A stretch of 64,000 nt of DNA, taken from the NCBI RefSeq assembly GCF_021869535.1, contig NW_026262723.1, positions 83,514,001 through 83,578,000 on the forward strand, read 5' to 3'. A program made the translations under genes and the position numbers. Source of the stretch: Mytilus californianus (taxonomy: Eukaryota). The notes under the pieces were generated by a model, which was not told where the DNA came from, did no database searches, and saw only the letters and a list, made by a program, of their open reading frames with translations. This document shows, one piece after another, positions 60,701 to 64,000 of the stretch (positions within the stretch are counted from its first letter, which is position 1; each line of letters starts with the position of its first letter).

Positions 60701-62724
60701 CTGATGTCTTGATTTCTTGCTTCTTCCATTGGACTCTATGTGAAATACGTAACATATAATGTGCCTGTCTACATTTAAAATTGATTTTAATTCAATCAAA
60801 CATCAGTTTTATCATTTTGATCTAAAAGTATATATAGTTTATCCCATTACCATTTACAAGCCGCATTAATAATATGTCTGATATTCATAGAAAGTTGACA
60901 TTTTACACAGCTTTAGATAAGCATGCCATGTTATGGTTTCAGTATAGATTATATATTGTAAGAAAATTTGTGTCATTTGATATGCATATGTAACCATAAG
61001 AATTAGGTAATAACACATATAAATGCGTGTAGAAATAAGAGTTTGTATTTGTTCATTGCTTAAATGCTTCACAAACATGGTGCTACATCATTTGCACACA
61101 ATCAAACCAATGATTATAGAAACTGTGTTGGAAATTACTAAGATGTTTACCTGTGAATTTCTTTTCAGATCTTTACTGGAAAAATCCTCAGTTTTTTATA
61201 AGACTAAAAGATGTGGATATTACAGACAGTTCTGGGTTATGCACCCTGATTGCAACTTTGACAGAGAAAGAAATGAATAATAAATCATCTGTTGCTATAG
61301 GATTTGATGTGTATAAGGTAACTATGTAGGTTTAATGATCTTTAATAGAAAAAAGGTCTAATAAATATCAGAATATATAAGGGTTACAGTTCTCATTTCT
61401 AAAAAAAAGGAAAAAAATTACAATACATTTTTGTTCAACTAAATTATCTGAGTTATCTCCCATTATAAGGCAATTTCTACAATTGCTAAAATAATGTTCT
61501 GTTTCTGAAATAAAAGTCTCTACCATAAGATGAAATTATGAACTATTTCTGCAGCAAAATTAGCTATTTTAGTGAAAATCTGGACTGACAATATGCAGTC
61601 ATTTGTGATCCAAAATGACAGATTACTATGCGATCACAAAGGTCCATATTCAAAAATTATATTTGAAAAAGTATATATAATTAAATGTTCATTGTACAGC
61701 TAAATGTTGAGTGTAACTTCTAGCCACAGATCTTATTCAGACAATTCAGAGAGTTTTATTTAAATTTGAACATGTATAACCTGATTTTTGTACAGTTGAG
61801 AGAGTTTCAAAGGAGACCACTAGATGGAGAATCAGCTCCAAGAAATGCTTTAATTCTACGAAAAAGATCAGGGGTTTATGAATACAATCGTGAAGTCACA
61901 AGAAGATTTGAGTTAGACCCTGGTGTATATGCTTTAATACCTAGTACATTTAAGGCACATGATGAAGCCAAATTTATGCTCAGGTTGTACACAGAGAAAG
62001 CAGCTGACAGTGGGTAAGTTGATTTTTTTTTACTAAATTATAAATTAACTCATAAAAGTGATCAGATTTGGTGTATATATATGTAAGATTACATCAAATA
62101 CACTACCATGGACAAACACAAATGAGTTCACTGTATATCTGCAGTGACAGTTATTGTCATAGCATAAGTAAACTTAAGATCACACAACGGTCAAGGGTAA
62201 AAGATAGTACAAATAAACAATCTGAATCCTATTTTGGAATAGCACAATTGGATTTGGATAGTTTAATTGTTGTTGATGAGATATCAATGCTTTTCTTAAT
62301 TTAAGTGATTTCCAAGAATAGACATACTAGAAAGTAATTTATTGTAATAATAATTGTCATTAGACATACGTTTTGGAATTATCAGAATACAATATAAAGC
62401 AAGCTTTGCCTGCAGTATAATAGATCTGTGGAGTACTGATTAATTAATTTAATTTCGTAGGTACCAATTTTCGTGGATAAAGGAAAAATTATATTTTCCT
62501 GGATATTTGATTTCATGGTTTTATGAAAGTCTGCAAACAAGCCTATAGAAAATATTTACTTCATTGAACATTTAAATTCGTGGTTCACCTAAACCCCAAA
62601 AAAAACATGAAAATTGGTATCCAACGAATAATAATGAATCCACATTAACCTTTTTGTCATTTTTTATTTTTGTCAATTTTGTCAACATTTCAGGCTACTG
62701 GAAGAAGATGATAAAAATGAACTA
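33725..62724 (+). CDS. Calpain (CysPc + C2-like domain III), at least 13 exons, 505 codons; 3' end may lie outside the window
   Basis: Exons 33725-33904, 40083-40152, 42139-42240, 44123-44276, 44544-44721, 45283-45369, 48282-48367, 48995-49072, 57980-58073, 59206-59293, 61169-61317, 61796-62013, 62694-62724. All GT-AG and in phase. Catalytic QGVLGNCWF, GHAYS and LRNPWG; also [40 protein letters not shown]. Confidence 0.92.
35663..36676. mobile_element. PIF/Harbinger-like non-autonomous element
   Basis: Imperfect TIRs gcggcgttcacacatt and aatgtgtgaccccagc with TAA/TTA-like flanks; higher GC than the surroundings; no transposase recognised. Confidence 0.6.
37617..38058. mobile_element. 442-bp Kolobok-like MITE (possible solo long direct repeat)
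   Basis: TTAA at 37613-37616 and 38059-38062; TIR gggcatacgatacagtt / aactgtatcgtatgccc, with a small duplication of the right terminus. Confidence 0.8.
38627..38670 (+). ncRNA. Type I hammerhead ribozyme
   Basis: GCGTCA-CTGATGA-GTTT(TATGT)AGAC-GAAA-CGCGCG-TC/TGGCGT; all core nucleotides intact. Confidence 0.88.
38981..39024 (+). ncRNA. Type I hammerhead ribozyme
   Basis: GCGTCA-CTGATGA-GTCT(TATGT)AGAC-GAAA-CGCGCG-TC/TGGTGT; core intact, one extra G-U pair in stem I. Confidence 0.88.
39826..39965. repeat. 60-bp tandem duplication within a probable MITE
   Basis: tgacgaatcacgttaatttttttccaaaaataacgg... at 39826 and 39886, partial at 39946. Confidence 0.85.
40434..41170 (+). mobile_element. 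HINE 5' portion
   Basis: T-run, agctcac/gtgagct inverted repeat around a ggcc-gaaa-ggcc hairpin, (CGT)n microsatellite, and ~135-bp internal units. Confidence 0.8.
41839..41972. other. Assembly gap (134 N)
   Basis: Run of N. Confidence 1.
42195..42848 (+). repeat. 51-bp minisatellite derived from the end of calpain exon 3 and its splice donor; 12 intronic copies plus the exonic template
   Basis: Unit gtatgtttagatgtgtaccaacagatcaagactttgacaaagactatgcag. Units 1-4 (203 bp) are repeated as units 5-8; units 2 and 6 are 50 bp. Confidence 0.95.
43138..43957 (+). mobile_element. HINE 3' portion
   Basis: Same ~135-bp units as 40434-41170; ends ggtgag...aggctc-ttag-gagcct hairpin-ctagtt. Confidence 0.75.
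45399..47597. mobile_element. Non-autonomous Kolobok(P)-like element with 451-bp long direct repeats, each bounded by TIRs
   Basis: 45399-45849 and 47147-47597 appear identical; each has ggtccgagtacacagttat...ataactgtgtactcggacc. ATTA flanks both outer ends (45395-45398, 47598-47601). The 1.3-kb core is non-coding. Confidence 0.85.
49225..53120 (-). mobile_element. Degenerate DIRS1-like tyrosine-recombinase retrotransposon in calpain intron 8
   Basis: Gag-like region (52500-52920); RT ([29 protein letters not shown]); RNase H ([29 protein letters not shown]); MTase-like segment; YR remnant ([10 protein letters not shown]). Many frameshifts. Inverted repeats 49231-49264/49426-49459 and 49411-49426/49479-49494 at the 3' end. 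Confidence 0.88.
53345..57950. repeat. 50-bp satellite array, ~4.6 kb (about 90 units), with higher-order structure
   Basis: Unit gtgattgagtattgtgtggtagcactcatggcacaactgtttatttgact; a diagnostic variant block recurs at 53691, 54895, 55966 and 57165. Confidence 0.97.
60058..60300. repeat. ~113-bp tandem duplication
   Basis: tgggcatgtgactcc(c)aagtccttgc...cattttcactagaaaaaatcatgaaatagaac occurs twice, plus a partial third copy. Confidence 0.85.
62425..62645. mobile_element. MITE family member (tgtgga...tccaca ends)
   Basis: Shares aaagtctgcaaacaagcctata and aattggtatcc..cgaataata..aatccaca with 52885-53030, and the end motif with 34750-35012. Confidence 0.65.
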
Positions 62725-64000
62725 GTAAGTATAGTATTTGTTATCAGTTTATAATATATAAAGGATGGTTTCCCTTAACAGACATAAAAATGTCCTATTC
62801 TCATAATGAATTATACATAGAAGTTTCTGATAAAAAATAATATATTTTTTTATTAATGGTGCTTTCCATAGTTATTAGCTGTTTTGCAGTTGATTAAATA
62901 TATAAAAGTAGGCCCAAGACCACAATTAATGACCCCGCTTTTCGTTGTCCACGAATATAGTTCCTTTTAATTAGAGTGTATTTTTTCTTAATTTTTTTCC
63001 TTTCCCTTCCTCACTCATTTCTTAGTTTTTTTTGGGTGGAAATGAAAGAAGAGAGGTGAAATAAACTTTTGGATGTTGTATTTTAACTGATTTTGAAAGG
63101 AAAGAGTGAGTAGGCCAGGTGCAAAAAGGTGATGTTTACAGTTTTCGGAACATCTCTTGACTTGTCCATAGGGGTATGGATGTGTATTGGCTAAATTTGT
63201 AAGAGTGATTGGTTCAATCTTTCTGAATTTTGGATATATTTTTGGACTAGTACTATACATTACACACACAAAAGATTTGACAAAAATGCTTGGTGCAATT
63301 TAAAAAAAAAAAAAAAAAAACGTTATAAAGAACTAATAGAGGAATTTAATTGTGGTCTGTGGCCTAGGAGGTGAATTCAGGAAATATTGAATTTGTACTT
63401 TGACAACTTCCCTGAATGATCTATTGGTATTAATTTGTCAAACTACATGAGAATAAATGATTTCTACTTTTATTTGATAGAAATTTTGTAAAAAAATGAC
63501 TTTTCAGCCTACATGCCCAAAATTGAACTTTTTCAGTTGTTTCAATATTTTTACAAAAGTAGCATGCTTACTTTCTTTCTGACAGATTTTTCAGGTTTTC
63601 TATTTGTGTTTGTGGTATCTAATGTAGATGTTTAACTCATTTTTGAACACTGAACACAAAAAAAAAGTAGATAAAATCAGAATAAGAGTGCAAAATGTGC
63701 TGCTTTAATGGTCTTAGTCTAACGGTCAGTATGAAGCAAGTGAAAAATGAGGTTCTATGCACATACAAGTTCAATTCCTTTTAGTAGATTTCACTGAATC
63801 TGTATCAAAAGCACTTATTACTGGTTGTTTGGCCTTGTCTGTTTCACAGACTACCTTTGTTTTCTTTTGTTTGATAACTAGTGGTTAAAATATTGGCCTT
63901 TTGAGGCTGAAGTTTCATGCCGGTTTTAAAAAGTACAGTAAATAACTTTGCATCAGGCCATACTATCTACATTTATAGTTGGAAGTGACAGTCTTGTTAC

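Overview
AT-rich, repeat-dense eukaryotic genomic DNA with spliceosomal GT-AG introns. The repeat content resembles a bivalve, probably a Mytilus-type mussel (inference from recalled repeat families, no search run). Host genes: (1) two tandem, intronless minus-strand L-rhamnonate-dehydratase-family (enolase superfamily, RhmD/LRA3/LGD1-like) genes at 7913-9208 and 14281-15597; (2) a 5-coding-exon Zn-dependent, bacterial-Tdh-like dehydrogenase at 23202-29344 (355 aa); (3) a calpain of at least 13 exons from 33725 to at least 62724 with an intact Cys/His/Asn triad. The rest is mobile and repetitive DNA: three retrozyme loci carrying type I hammerhead ribozymes of two sequence classes; a four-level nest (Penelope-like element > foldback element > HINE > LINE); a DIRS-like retrotransposon; a Kolobok-like element with 451-bp terminal direct repeats; several MITEs; a 4.6-kb 50-bp satellite; and a 51-bp minisatellite built from a calpain exon end plus its splice donor. 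Best leads: the dehydratase pair with substituted substrate-binding residues in copy 2, the bacterial-type Tdh with introns, the sense-strand double-hammerhead retrozyme in calpain intron 1, and the splice-donor array. There is an assembly gap at 41839-41972. All exon models were made by eye and are not confirmed by transcripts.
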